Below are positions 32,701 to 42,295 of a DNA stretch of 64,000 nt, in pieces; position 1 is the stretch's first letter, and every line of letters starts with the position of its first letter. The stretch is from Escherichia coli (GTDB lineage: Bacteria > Pseudomonadota > Gammaproteobacteria > Enterobacterales > Enterobacteriaceae). Position numbers and translations under genes: made by a program. The stretch lies in assembly GCF_029227855.1 (NCBI RefSeq), contig NZ_CP074356.1. One strand, 5' to 3'. The notes beneath the pieces are model-generated. The model was given only the letters and a program-made list of their open reading frames with translations. It was not told the origin of the DNA and did no database searches.

Positions 32701-33520
32701 ATAGCGAGGGAATAGCAGCGAGAACTTTATCTACACAGCGTTGCCACTCATCTTCTGAAGCGAGTGAAAGATGATGACATAGACGTTGATGCCAGTTCGG
32801 TAGTGATTCTGCTTTGAGATCAGGGGGAATAATGGTGGTGACGTCGGCTTTTACTGGTTTATATTTGAGTTGAAGAGCGAGAAGGGCGATTTCAACGGTA
32901 GTTTCCAGACCACAGCGAATGACTAAGTCATCGACCAGTTCATCTGTAGAGTAAGAGTTCCATAAATTCCAGAGCAATGCCGCATCAGATTGTATACTTC
33001 CTGTTTGTTGATTATTCAGAATTCGCCTTTGTAACTCGGCAAACGCCAGCTGCCAGTTTTCAGGATAAGAGCGGTAATTATTGTCGGGGTCATATGCCCT
33101 GGTGTTATTCGCGATGCGCTTCCATATTTGGCCATCTTTGTACAGATAATTGATCTCTCTGGGGCGAGAGCGATGAGGAAAAGCAAATCGATTAATATCG
33201 CCAGTTACCGGAATGACTGCATCATCAGCCACCCATGGGCGTTTGTTTTTACTCTCAGGGGAGGTTTCAACTTCAGGAGTGGCTTTGGTGATGGGGGGGA
33301 TATGCACGTTTGCTAAAGCATTTTCCACATAGCCTTTTTTCGTTTTCTCTGCGATCAGCTTAAGCTCCGCTTTTGCCGCTGCCGCAGCATCCGCAAAACT
33401 TTTTACCTGGTTTTGCCCTTTGGTGCCAACTTTTCCCCAACAGATATGCAACTCGTTTCCCTGTTGCTCCACCGCCCAGAATTTATGTGATTTTTCGTCC
33501 TGAAAGATAAAGTGCCTCAT
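29723..33520 (-). CDS. molR: MolR-family protein, paralog A (N-terminal WGR domain, DUF4132-type C-terminal region), 1265 aa
   Basis: Start MRHFIFQDEKSHKFWAVEQQGNELHICWGKVGT; ends ITASELINDIESLFD; first gene after the IS200. Confidence 0.8.
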   Translation of the reverse strand: MRHFIFQDEKSHKFWAVEQQGNELHICWGKVGTKGQNQVKSFADAAAAAKAELKLIAEKTKKGYVENALANVHIPPITKATPEVETSPESKNKRPWVADDAVIPVTGDINRFAFPHRSRPREINYLYKDGQIWKRIANNTRAYDPDNNYRSYPENWQLAFAELQRRILNNQQTGSIQSDAALLWNLWNSYSTDELVDDLVIRCGLETTVEIALLALQLKYKPVKADVTTIIPPDLKAESLPNWHQRLCHHLSLASEDEWQRCVDKVLAAIPSLSPARQPFAALLLPERPDIANAMALRYADQNVPAMTWLRLVVTDDAALTTAEKYDFPPLYHDFRAYLAMLLANNGVRGVSRILLEFTEEHSDNPTYLFERISETEDLVKWLWKTNHPDAIQILILGVIGKKKHLEYLSKACQKHPAAALAAYATLLAIHEDAQWRKALVKLITATPDLVTDVIPWVNAKAAGILSECRTQLVAEECEYATADMLPELFVAPPWVINKKTNVIPVFDLPVLPIPAVTDITPGITELISHTDISRFSEIAQYQSSQQTLFTDLPLIEKESWETSFIPFTPEQQILWQLGFNEWLHCEDDLHEKKYIPQSAVDALLRFDFPALKAEFAKYHNNANKSWNLSALCYLPGQQAISFLNQIIIEERYSGEKEILAVFGSTAIPAFMTCLQRDHQRLWIFTLFIGASELALPMAQRLQKKMAYKDAINWLANNPRHAAAGLLPLALGKPCQNREYARQAFRLLVKLNQRETIEEIGRRYNQPDVLAALATLFDSDPLEEYPAKIAPLPGFYQFTLWRRPRLKSNNLPLPDDAMRHLGTMLSFPRDITSYAGLATIKETFTHESLADFGWDLYTAWTEAGAPAKENWAFTSLGILGNDDTARKLTPLIRAWPGESQHKRAVYGLDVLADIGSDVALMLLNGIARKIKFKALQEHAREKINIVAENRGLTMAELEDRLAPDLGLDNSGSLILDFGPRQFTVGFDETLKPVVHDANGKVLKDLPKPNQSDDQTLATDSVNLFKQLKKDVHAIASQQIDRLEQDMCQRRRWTAEQFRLFLVEHPLVRHLTRRVLWGVYTEENTLIACFRVAEDSTYSDAQDELFTLPAGNIGIPHVLEISPESATAFGQIYADYEKLPPFRQLDRGYYHLTDNERDTHELIRWQGRLCQAGRIVGLERRGWQRLEESGSVYAMRKSTPYGALELETEHFSLIYGETGYSDLLPVESVKITSPGERYSTQPSLTFSALDAITASELINDIESLFD

Positions 33521-33617
33521 TCTGCATCCCTGTAATTTTATCCAGTTGAATGCTGATGCTACCAGTATTTATGCGGGTTAGAGAGAGACAAAATCGCAAG
33601 AAAACAACTTTAGGAAT

Positions 33618-34326
33618 TTATAAATAAATATCCTCCGGCATAGCCGGAGGTTTTTCAAATGCGCCTATAAGGCTCTCTTACCAGCCGCGCCCTAACAGGC
33701 GCACACGATCTGACATTTGCATCCAACTTCGTTACTTACGGCCCGTAAACGGGCTGCCCGGATAGGGAATCGATAACTGCTCTCCCATTTTATCCTCTTC
33801 AAGCTGGTGCTTTATGTAATCCTGTATCTTCGCCGTGTTCTTACCCACCGTATCGACGTAATACCCTCTGCACCAGAACTCCCTGTTCCTGTATTTGAAT
33901 TTCAAATCACCAAACTGCTCGTAAAGCATCAGACTGCTTTTCCCTTTCAGATATCCCATAAAGCCTGATACGCTCATTTTGGGCGGGATCTCCACAAGCA
34001 TATGGATATGATCTGCACAGCATTCAGCTTCCAGAATCCGTACACTTTTCCACTCACACAGCTTTCTCAAAATACAGCCTATTGCTCTACGCTTCTCTCT
34101 GTAGAACACCTGTCTTCGGTATTTTGGCGCAAATACTATGTGATATTTACAGTTCCATCGGGTGTGCGCTAAGCTCTTTTCGTTCCCCATTGGGACCCCC
34201 TTTTGATTTCTTGTTTGACACTTGCAGTTGCCAGACCGCAAGGTGTTTTAACAAATCAAAAGGGGTTTTAATAACTGGCTCAAAGCTGAAAGCTTTCCGG
34301 AACCCCCAGCCTAGCTGGGGGTTTTC
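33618..34326 (-). mobile_element. IS200 insertion sequence (IS200/IS605 family); boundaries approximate
   Basis: Contains a Y1 HUH transposase gene; perfect hairpin cccccagc-cta-gctggggg at 34303-34321; 13-bp inverted repeat ccccttttgattt/aaatcaaaagggg (34197-34265) over the tnpA start; IS200 has no terminal inverted repeats, so ends were set by the expected ~0.7 kb size. Confidence 0.6.
33732..34190 (-). CDS. tnpA: IS200 transposase TnpA (Y1 HUH transposase, 152 aa)
   Basis: MGNEKSLAHTRWNCKYHIVFAPKYRR...HIHMLVEIPP (HUH motif); ORF track extends upstream to 34241 via an alternative start; start coordinate uncertain by about 1 nt. Confidence 0.85.
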   Translation of the reverse strand: MGNEKSLAHTRWNCKYHIVFAPKYRRQVFYREKRRAIGCILRKLCEWKSVRILEAECCADHIHMLVEIPPKMSVSGFMGYLKGKSSLMLYEQFGDLKFKYRNREFWCRGYYVDTVGKNTAKIQDYIKHQLEEDKMGEQLSIPYPGSPFTGRK

Positions 34327-34327
34327 T

Positions 34328-34360
34328 GTGCACAAGAAAAGGCGCTGTCGATACAGCGCC
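34328..34360 (-). terminator. metG intrinsic terminator (ggcgctgt-cgat-acagcgcc then TTTTCTT on the - strand)
   Basis: Hairpin 11 nt after the metG stop; the IS200 sits immediately beyond it. Confidence 0.6.
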
Positions 34361-34371
34361 TTGAAAGGAGA

Positions 34372-36405
34372 TTATTTCACCTGATGACCCGGTTTAGCAC
34401 CGGCATCCGGGCTTAGCAGGAAAATATCTTTCCCGCCAGGACCGGCAGCCATCACCATGCCTTCGGAGATACCGAAGCGCATTTTACGTGGTGCCAGGTT
34501 AGCCACCATAATGGTGTGACGACCAATCAGTGCCTGCGGATCCGGGTAAGCAGAACGAATGCCGGAGAAGACATTGCGTTTTTCACCGCCGAGATCCAGC
34601 GTCAGGCGCAGCAGTTTGTCGGAACCTTCAACAAACTCTGCGTTTTCAATCAACGCCACGCGCAGGTCAACTTTGGCGAAGTCGTCAAAGGTGATGGTTT
34701 CCTGAATCGGATCATCTGCCAGTGGGCCAGTTACTGGCGCGGCAGTGGCTTTCACTTCTTCTTTAGAGGCTTCCACCAGTGCTTCAACCTGCTTCATGTC
34801 GATGCGGTTATACAGCGCTTTGAACGGATTCACTTTATGGCCCAACAGCGGTTGCTGGATACCATCCCAGGTCAGTTCCGTATTAAGGAATGCTTCTGCA
34901 CGCTCGGTCAGTTTCGGCAGTACCGGCTTCAGGTAAGTCATCAGCACGCGGAACAGGTTTATGCCCATCGAGCAAATTGCCTGCAGGTCGGCATCGCGGC
35001 CTTCCTGTTTTGCGACTACCCACGGAGCCTGTTCATCGACATAACGGTTAGCAAGATCAGCCAGCGCCATGATTTCGCGGATCGCTTTACCAAATTCGCG
35101 GCTTTCCCACGCTTCACCAATCACTTCAGCGGCATCAGTGAAGGTTTTGTACAGTTGCGGGTCAGCCAGTTCGCTTGCCAGCACACCGTCAAAACGCTTG
35201 TTGATAAAGCCCGCGTTACGGGAGGCCAGGTTAACCACTTTATTCACGATATCGGCATTCACACGCTGAACGAAATCTTCCAGGTTGAGATCGATATCAT
35301 CAATGCGCGAAGAGAGTTTCGCAGTGTAGTAGTAACGCAGGCTGTCGGCGTCAAAATGATTCAGCCAGGTGCTGGCCTTAATAAAGGTACCGCGAGACTT
35401 AGACATCTTCGCGCCGTTCACCGTCACATAGCCATGAACAAACAGGTTAGTCGGCTTGCGGAAGTTGCTGCCTTCCAGCATTGCTGGCCAGAACAGGCTG
35501 TGGAAGTAAACAATATCTTTGCCGATGAAGTGATACAGCTCGGCGGTGGAATCTTTCTTCCAGTATTCATCGAAGCTGGTGGTGTCGCCGCGTTTGTCGC
35601 ACAGATTCTTGAAGGAACCCATGTAGCCAATCGGCGCATCCAGCCAGACGTAGAAATATTTGCCCGGTGCGTTCGGAATTTCAAAACCGAAGTATGGCGC
35701 ATCGCGGGAGATATCCCACTGTTGCAGGCCAGATTCAAACCACTCCTGCATTTTGTTTGCCACTTGCTCCTGCAACGCGCCGCTGCGGGTCCATGCCTGC
35801 AACATTTCGCTGAAAGAGGGCAGATCAAAGAAGAAGTGTTCAGAATCACGCATTACCGGCGTAGCACCAGAAACCACCGATTTAGGCTCGATCAGCTCAG
35901 TCGGGCTGTAGGTCGCGCCACAAACTTCACAGTTATCGCCGTATTGATCCGGGGATTTACATTTCGGGCAGGTGCCTTTTACAAAACGGTCCGGCAGGAA
36001 CATGCCTTTTTCCGGATCGTACAGCTGAGAGATAGTGCGGTTTTTAATAAAACCGTTCTCTTTCAGGCGAGAATAAATAAGTTCTGACAACTGGCGGTTC
36101 TCTTCGCTGTGCGTCGAGTGATAGTTGTCATAGCTGATGTTAAAGCCTGCGAAATCAGTCTGATGCTCCTGACTCATTTCGCCAATCATCTGCTCCGGGG
36201 TGATACCAAGCTGCTGAGCTTTCAGCATGATCGGTGTGCCGTGGGCATCGTCGGCGCAAATGAAGTTGACCTCGTGGCCGCGCATTCGCTGGTAACGGAC
36301 CCAGACATCAGCCTGGATGTGCTCCAGCATATGGCCGAGGTGGATTGAGCCGTTAGCGTACGGCAGTGCGCACGTCACCAGAATTTTCTTCGCGACTTGA
36401 GTCAT
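34372..36405 (-). CDS. metG: Methionyl-tRNA synthetase
   Basis: ORF 34372-36414; start [29 protein letters not shown] (HIGH motif) gives 677 aa; KMSKS present. Confidence 0.95.
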   Translation of the reverse strand: MTQVAKKILVTCALPYANGSIHLGHMLEHIQADVWVRYQRMRGHEVNFICADDAHGTPIMLKAQQLGITPEQMIGEMSQEHQTDFAGFNISYDNYHSTHSEENRQLSELIYSRLKENGFIKNRTISQLYDPEKGMFLPDRFVKGTCPKCKSPDQYGDNCEVCGATYSPTELIEPKSVVSGATPVMRDSEHFFFDLPSFSEMLQAWTRSGALQEQVANKMQEWFESGLQQWDISRDAPYFGFEIPNAPGKYFYVWLDAPIGYMGSFKNLCDKRGDTTSFDEYWKKDSTAELYHFIGKDIVYFHSLFWPAMLEGSNFRKPTNLFVHGYVTVNGAKMSKSRGTFIKASTWLNHFDADSLRYYYTAKLSSRIDDIDLNLEDFVQRVNADIVNKVVNLASRNAGFINKRFDGVLASELADPQLYKTFTDAAEVIGEAWESREFGKAIREIMALADLANRYVDEQAPWVVAKQEGRDADLQAICSMGINLFRVLMTYLKPVLPKLTERAEAFLNTELTWDGIQQPLLGHKVNPFKALYNRIDMKQVEALVEASKEEVKATAAPVTGPLADDPIQETITFDDFAKVDLRVALIENAEFVEGSDKLLRLTLDLGGEKRNVFSGIRSAYPDPQALIGRHTIMVANLAPRKMRFGISEGMVMAAGPGGKDIFLLSPDAGAKPGHQVK

Positions 36406-36536
36406 AGTAGGCATTACTTCTTAATAGTGAAAAGGGGTTAGATAGTACCAAATGGGAAAATGTTAAGTAAGTACTTCTCTATATTCTTCAGGTAAACTAT
36501 CAGCTGATGGTTTATCTATACAAAAAAGGAGTCGGG

Positions 36537-37646
36537 ATGAACGAACAATCCCAGGCCAAATCACCAGAAGCCTTGCGCGCAATGGTCGCCGGGACACTGG
36601 CCAATTTTCAGCACCCAACCCTGAAGCATAACCTCACCACGCTGAAAGCGTTGCACCATGTCGCCTGGATGGACGACACGTTGCATGTGGAACTGGTTAT
36701 GCCATTCGTCTGGCATAGCGCGTTCGAAGAGTTAAAAGAGCAATGTAGCGCCGAACTGCTGCGCATCACCGGGGCGAAAGCTATCGACTGGAAACTGTCG
36801 CACAATATCGCCACCTTAAAACGCGTGAAGAATCAGCCGGGAATTAACGGCGTGAAGAACATCATTGCGGTCAGCTCCGGTAAAGGCGGCGTGGGTAAAT
36901 CTTCCACGGCGGTAAACCTGGCGTTGGCACTCGCGGCGGAAGGGGCGAAAGTCGGCATTCTGGACGCCGATATCTACGGCCCATCAATCCCCACCATGCT
37001 GGGCGCAGAAAATCAGCGTCCAACTTCGCCGGACGGTACCCATATGGCACCGATTATGTCTCATGGACTGGCAACCAATTCAATTGGTTATCTGGTCACT
37101 GACGACAATGCGATGGTGTGGCGTGGTCCGATGGCGAGCAAGGCGTTAATGCAGATGTTGCAGGAAACCTTGTGGCCGGATCTCGACTATCTGGTGCTTG
37201 ATATGCCGCCAGGCACCGGTGACATTCAATTGACACTGGCACAAAACATTCCAGTAACTGGCGCGGTAGTGGTCACCACCCCGCAGGACATTGCGTTGAT
37301 CGATGCGAAAAAAGGCATTGTGATGTTCGAGAAAGTCGAGGTTCCGGTGCTCGGTATTGTCGAGAACATGAGTGTGCATATTTGCAGTAACTGTGGTCAC
37401 CATGAACCGATTTTCGGTACCGGTGGTGCTGAGAAACTGGCTGAAAAATACCACACACAGCTGCTGGGGCAGATGCCGTTACACATCTCCTTACGTGAGG
37501 ATCTCGATAAAGGCACGCCAACGGTTATCAGCCGTCCGGAGAGCGAATTTACCGCTATCTACCGCCAGCTGGCTGACCGCGTTGCAGCTCAGCTCTACTG
37601 GCAGGGTGAAGTCATTCCAGGCGAGATTTCCTTCCGCGCGGTCTAA
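36537..37646 (+). CDS. apbC: Fe-S cluster carrier ATPase ApbC (Mrp)
   Basis: ORF 36507-37646; start MNEQSQAKSPEALRAM gives 369 aa; P-loop SGKGGVGKS. Confidence 0.9.
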   Translation: MNEQSQAKSPEALRAMVAGTLANFQHPTLKHNLTTLKALHHVAWMDDTLHVELVMPFVWHSAFEELKEQCSAELLRITGAKAIDWKLSHNIATLKRVKNQPGINGVKNIIAVSSGKGGVGKSSTAVNLALALAAEGAKVGILDADIYGPSIPTMLGAENQRPTSPDGTHMAPIMSHGLATNSIGYLVTDDNAMVWRGPMASKALMQMLQETLWPDLDYLVLDMPPGTGDIQLTLAQNIPVTGAVVVTTPQDIALIDAKKGIVMFEKVEVPVLGIVENMSVHICSNCGHHEPIFGTGGAEKLAEKYHTQLLGQMPLHISLREDLDKGTPTVISRPESEFTAIYRQLADRVAAQLYWQGEVIPGEISFRAV

Positions 37647-37908
37647 CGCCTATTAACCATTCTGGTTATTCTTCATACACCGCAGAGATGTTACATTGAT
37701 GCGGTGTATTTGTTTTTGCCGCATTAATGAACACTTATTTAATACTGCGAATATTCTGCGGACCTTCGTCCGAAACTCTACAAAGTCGATTGATCGTACA
37801 GGCAATGCTTCATTATCATCCTTCGTGGCTGTGTAGTGGATGTACAGCTATAGTTTGTTATGCACTCATTCTATCCAGGCATAACCTTTACTACAGGGAT
37901 AACGTTCA

Positions 37909-38190
37909 ATGAATAAGTATTGGCTGTCAGGAATTATTTTTCTTGCCTATGGATTGGCTTCTCCCGCATTCTCTTCAGAGACTGCCACATTAGCGATTAA
38001 TGGCAGGATCAGTCCCCCAACATGCAGTATGGCTATGGTTAATGGTCAACCTCAACAGCATTGTGGTCAGTTAACGTATGATGTTGATACCCGTCATCAG
38101 GTTTCTTCGCCAGTCAAAGGTGTAACGACAGAAGTGGTTGTTGCAGGTAGCGATAGCAAACGTCGAATCGTGTTAAATCGCTACGATTAA
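37909..38190 (+). CDS. yehE: Uncharacterised secreted protein YehE
   Basis: 93 aa with signal peptide; upstream of the yehDCBA fimbrial operon. Confidence 0.7.
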   Translation: MNKYWLSGIIFLAYGLASPAFSSETATLAINGRISPPTCSMAMVNGQPQQHCGQLTYDVDTRHQVSSPVKGVTTEVVVAGSDSKRRIVLNRYD

Positions 38191-38199
38191 TTTGCCACC

Positions 38200-38486
38200 C
38201 TGGTTTTTTAATCGAATTTAGAAAGCTGAAATCATCCGTGTGAATGATTTCAGCTTTTTTATTGATATCAATAATACCATTTACAAAAATCTGCATTAAT
38301 TAATAGATGTGATAAATATTTAATATGCTTAAGTATTTGTTGTATTTATATTGCAATAGTTAATTTGTTTTAAATCAATAAAACAATATGTTTACATTGC
38401 TGCAACTTTTTTTTGATGTGAGAAATTTGTTTCCAAGAGATACAGACTCTTAACAACCAAAAATAAATTTTATTAAGGAACATATT
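38200..38486 (+). promoter_or_regulatory. AT-rich upstream region of the yehD fimbrial operon
   Basis: Long A/T tracts read directly; typical of H-NS-silenced chaperone-usher fimbrial promoters (inference). Confidence 0.35.
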
Positions 38487-39029
38487 ATGAAACGTTCAAT
38501 TATTGCTGCCGCTGTCTTTTCTTCTTTTTTTATGAGCGCTGGGGTATTTGCCGCAGACGTTGATACCGGAACATTAACCATTAAAGGGAATATTGCAGAA
38601 TCTCCGTGTAAATTCGAAGCGGGTGGCGATTCAGTAAGTATTAATATGCCAACTGTACCAACCACTGTCTTTGAAGGTAAAGCTAAATACTCGACCTATG
38701 ATGATGCAGTCGGTGTAACCAGCAGCATGTTAAAAATTAGCTGTCCGAAAGAAGTTGCTGGTGTAAAACTCTCGTTGATTACCAACGATAAAATAACCGG
38801 AAACGATAAGGCGATAGCCAGTAGCAACGATACCGTGGGGTACTATCTCTATTTAGGTGATAACAGCGATGTCCTGGATGTTTCTGCACCTTTTAACATT
38901 GAGAGTTATAAAACAGCGGAAGGTCAATATGCTATTCCGTTTAAAGCAAAATACCTGAAGCTGACAGATAATTCAGTGCAATCAGGTGATGTGTTATCTT
39001 CTCTGGTTATGCGTGTGGCGCAGGATTAA
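38487..39029 (+). CDS. yehD: Fimbrial major subunit (chaperone-usher pathway)
   Basis: 180 aa with signal peptide. Confidence 0.85.
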   Translation: MKRSIIAAAVFSSFFMSAGVFAADVDTGTLTIKGNIAESPCKFEAGGDSVSINMPTVPTTVFEGKAKYSTYDDAVGVTSSMLKISCPKEVAGVKLSLITNDKITGNDKAIASSNDTVGYYLYLGDNSDVLDVSAPFNIESYKTAEGQYAIPFKAKYLKLTDNSVQSGDVLSSLVMRVAQD

Positions 39030-39109
39030 TAAATAAAATTTCAAGTTTCTCCAGGTAATAAACATGGCCGCTATCCCCATGGCGGCCTTTTAATTTAAGA
39101 GGCATTAAG

Positions 39110-39784
39110 ATGAAAGGATTATTTGCTTTACTCATTTCTTCTATGGTCCTTCCTGCACATGCCGGTATTGTTATCTACGGGACGCGTATTATTTACCCGG
39201 CAGAAAATAAAGAAGTGATGGTGCAGTTGATGAATCAGGGAAACCGTTCTTCGCTGCTGCAGGCGTGGATTGATGATGGTGATACGTCGTTACCACCAGA
39301 AAAAATTCAGGTTCCTTTCATGTTAACGCCACCAGTGGAAAAAATAGGGGCAAATTCCGGGCAGCAAGTAAAAATCAAAATTATGCCGAATAAACTGCCC
39401 ACTAATAAAGAGAGCATTTTTTATCTAAATGTTCTGGATATTCCACCAAATAGTCCAGAGCAAGAGGGCAAGAATGCACTGAAATTTGCAATGCAAAACA
39501 GAATCAAATTGTTTTACCGGCCTGCGGGTATTGCACCGGTAAATAAAGCGACATTTAAAAAGTTACTGGTAAATCGCAGTGGCAATGGATTGGTGATAAA
39601 AAATGACTCAGCAAATTGGGTAACGATTTCGGATGTCAAAGCTAATAATGTCAAAGTCAATTATGAAACTATTATGCTTGCCCCCTTAGAAAGTCAGAGT
39701 ATTAATGTCAAAAGTAATAATGCGAATAACTGGTATCTGACCATTATCGATGACCATGGCAACTATATTAGTGACAAAATTTAA
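39110..39784 (+). CDS. yehC: Periplasmic fimbrial chaperone (PapD-like)
   Basis: 224 aa with signal peptide; operon position. Confidence 0.85.
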   Translation: MKGLFALLISSMVLPAHAGIVIYGTRIIYPAENKEVMVQLMNQGNRSSLLQAWIDDGDTSLPPEKIQVPFMLTPPVEKIGANSGQQVKIKIMPNKLPTNKESIFYLNVLDIPPNSPEQEGKNALKFAMQNRIKLFYRPAGIAPVNKATFKKLLVNRSGNGLVIKNDSANWVTISDVKANNVKVNYETIMLAPLESQSINVKSNNANNWYLTIIDDHGNYISDKI

Positions 39785-42280
39785 TTGCAGGAGCTGCCTA
39801 TGTTGAGAATGACCCCACTTGCATCAGCAATCGTAGCGTTATTGCTCGGCATTGAAGCTTATGCAGCTGAAGAAACCTTTGATACCCATTTTATGATAGG
39901 TGGAATGAAAGACCAGCAGGTTGCAAATATTCGTCTTGATGATAATCAACCCTTGCCGGGGCAGTATGACATCGATATTTATGTCAATAAGCAATGGCGC
40001 GGGAAATATGAGATTATTGTTAAAGACAACCCGCAAGAAACATGTATATCAAGGGAAATTATCAAGCGGTTAGGCATTAATACCGATAACTTTGCCAGCG
40101 GTAAGCAATGTTTAACATTTGAGCAACTTGTTCAGGGTGGGAGCTATACCTGGGATATCGGGGTTTTTCGTCTCGATTTCAGTGTACCGCAGGCGTGGGT
40201 GGAAGAACTGGAAAGTGGCTATCTTCCACCGGAAAACTGGGAGCGGGGTATTAATGCGTTTTATACCTCTTATTATGTGAGTCAGTATTACAGCGACTAT
40301 AAAGCGTCGGGTAATAGCAAGAGTACATATGTACGTTTTAACAGCGGGTTAAACTTACTGGGGTGGCAACTGCATTCTGATGCCAGTTTCAGTAAAACAA
40401 ATAACAATCCAGGGGTGTGGAAAAGCAATACCCTGTATCTGGAACGTGGATTTGCCCAACTTCTCGGCACGCTTCGCGTGGGTGATATGTACACATCAAG
40501 CGATATTTTTGATTCTGTTCGCTTCAGCGGTGTGCGGTTGTTTCGTGATATGCAGATGTTGCCTAACTCGAAACAGAATTTTACTCCACGGGTGCAGGGG
40601 ATTGCTCAGAGTAACGCGCTGGTAACTATTGAACAGAACGGTTTTGTGGTTTATCAGAAAGAGGTTCCTCCTGGCCCGTTTGCGATTACAGATTTGCAGT
40701 TGGCCGGTGGTGGAGCAGATCTTGATGTCAGCGTGAAAGAGGCGGACGGTTCGGTAACCACCTATCTGGTGCCTTATGCAGCGGTGCCGAATATGCTGCA
40801 ACCTGGCGTGTCGAAATATGATTTTGCGGCGGGTCGTAGCCATATTGAAGGGGCGAGCAAACAAAGTGATTTTGTCCAGGCGGGTTATCAGTATGGTTTT
40901 AATAACTTATTGACGCTGTATGGCGGATCGATGGTCGCGAATAATTATTACGCGTTCACTTTGGGGACTAGCTGGAATACACGCATTGGTGCCATTTCCG
41001 TCGATGCCACGAAGTCGCATAGTAAACAAGACAACGGCGATGTGTTTGACGGGCAAAGTTATCAAATTGCCTACAACAAATTTGTGAGCCAAACGTCGAC
41101 GCGTTTTGGTCTGGCGGCCTGGCGTTATTCGTCGCGTGATTACCGGACATTTAACGATCACGTTTGGGCAAACAATAAAGATAATTATCGCCGTGATGAA
41201 AACGATATCTATGACATTGCCGATTATTACCAGAACGATTTTGGCCGTAAAAATAGCTTTTCTGCCAATATGAGCCAGTCATTGCCAGAAGGCTGGGGTT
41301 CTGTGTCCTTAAGTACGTTATGGCGAGATTACTGGGGGCGTAGCGGCAGCAGTAAGGATTATCAGTTGAGTTATTCCAACAACCTGCGACGGATAAGCTA
41401 TACCCTCGCGGCAAGCCAGGCTTATGACGAGAATCATCATGAAGAGAAACGTTTTAATATTTTTATATCGATTTCCTTTGATTGGGGTGATGACGTTACG
41501 ACGCCTCGTCGGCAAATATATATGTCTAACTCAACGACGTTTGATGATCAGGGTTTTGCCTCAAATAATACGGGATTATCGGGAACCGTTGGAAACCGGG
41601 ATCAATTTAACTATGGGGTCAACCTGAGTCATCAGCATCAGGGAAATGAAACAACAGCTGGAGCGAATTTAACCTGGAACGCGCCGGTGGCAACGGTGAA
41701 TGGCAGTTATAGTCAGTCGAGTACTTATCGACAGGCTGGAGCCAGTGTTTCAGGGGGCATTGTCGCCTGGTCGGGTGGCGTTAATCTGGCGAACCGTCTT
41801 TCCGAAACGTTTGCAGTGATGAATGCGCCAGGAATTAAAGATGCTTATGTCAATGGGCAAAAATATCGCACAACAAACCGTAATGGAGTGGTGGTATACG
41901 ACGGAATGACACCTTATCGGGAAAATCACCTGATGCTGGATGTGTCGCAAAGCGATAGCGAAGCAGAATTGCGCGGTAACCGGAAAATTGCCGCACCTTA
42001 TCGCGGCGCGGTTGTACTGGTTAATTTTGATACCGATCAGCGCAAGCCCTGGTTTATAAAAGCGTTAAGAACGGATGGGCAACCATTAACGTTTGGTTAT
42101 GAAGTCAATGATATCCATGGTCATAATATTGGCGTTGTCGGCCAGGGAAGCCAGTTATTTATTCGCACCAATGAAGTTCCGCCATCGGTTAATGTAGCAA
42201 TTGATAAGCAACAAGGACTTTCATGCACAATCACCTTCGGTAAAGAGATTGATGAAAGTAGAAATTATATTTGCCAGTAA
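39785..42280 (+). CDS. yehB: Fimbrial outer membrane usher
   Basis: 831-aa ORF (start may be the internal MLRMTPLASAIVALLLG); operon position. Confidence 0.85.
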   Translation: MQELPMLRMTPLASAIVALLLGIEAYAAEETFDTHFMIGGMKDQQVANIRLDDNQPLPGQYDIDIYVNKQWRGKYEIIVKDNPQETCISREIIKRLGINTDNFASGKQCLTFEQLVQGGSYTWDIGVFRLDFSVPQAWVEELESGYLPPENWERGINAFYTSYYVSQYYSDYKASGNSKSTYVRFNSGLNLLGWQLHSDASFSKTNNNPGVWKSNTLYLERGFAQLLGTLRVGDMYTSSDIFDSVRFSGVRLFRDMQMLPNSKQNFTPRVQGIAQSNALVTIEQNGFVVYQKEVPPGPFAITDLQLAGGGADLDVSVKEADGSVTTYLVPYAAVPNMLQPGVSKYDFAAGRSHIEGASKQSDFVQAGYQYGFNNLLTLYGGSMVANNYYAFTLGTSWNTRIGAISVDATKSHSKQDNGDVFDGQSYQIAYNKFVSQTSTRFGLAAWRYSSRDYRTFNDHVWANNKDNYRRDENDIYDIADYYQNDFGRKNSFSANMSQSLPEGWGSVSLSTLWRDYWGRSGSSKDYQLSYSNNLRRISYTLAASQAYDENHHEEKRFNIFISISFDWGDDVTTPRRQIYMSNSTTFDDQGFASNNTGLSGTVGNRDQFNYGVNLSHQHQGNETTAGANLTWNAPVATVNGSYSQSSTYRQAGASVSGGIVAWSGGVNLANRLSETFAVMNAPGIKDAYVNGQKYRTTNRNGVVVYDGMTPYRENHLMLDVSQSDSEAELRGNRKIAAPYRGAVVLVNFDTDQRKPWFIKALRTDGQPLTFGYEVNDIHGHNIGVVGQGSQLFIRTNEVPPSVNVAIDKQQGLSCTITFGKEIDESRNYICQ

Positions 42281-42295
42281 TAGTCAGGTGGTTCT

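Noticed and set aside
34141-34200. Apparent frame inconsistency inside IS200 tnpA
   Set aside because: My base-by-base reading of one line disagreed with the ORF-track translation by one base; I treat the track as authoritative and do not claim a frameshift in tnpA
34516-36087. 523-aa ORF on the + strand
   Set aside because: Lies entirely antisense inside metG, which is unambiguous on the - strand; shadow ORF in GC-rich coding sequence
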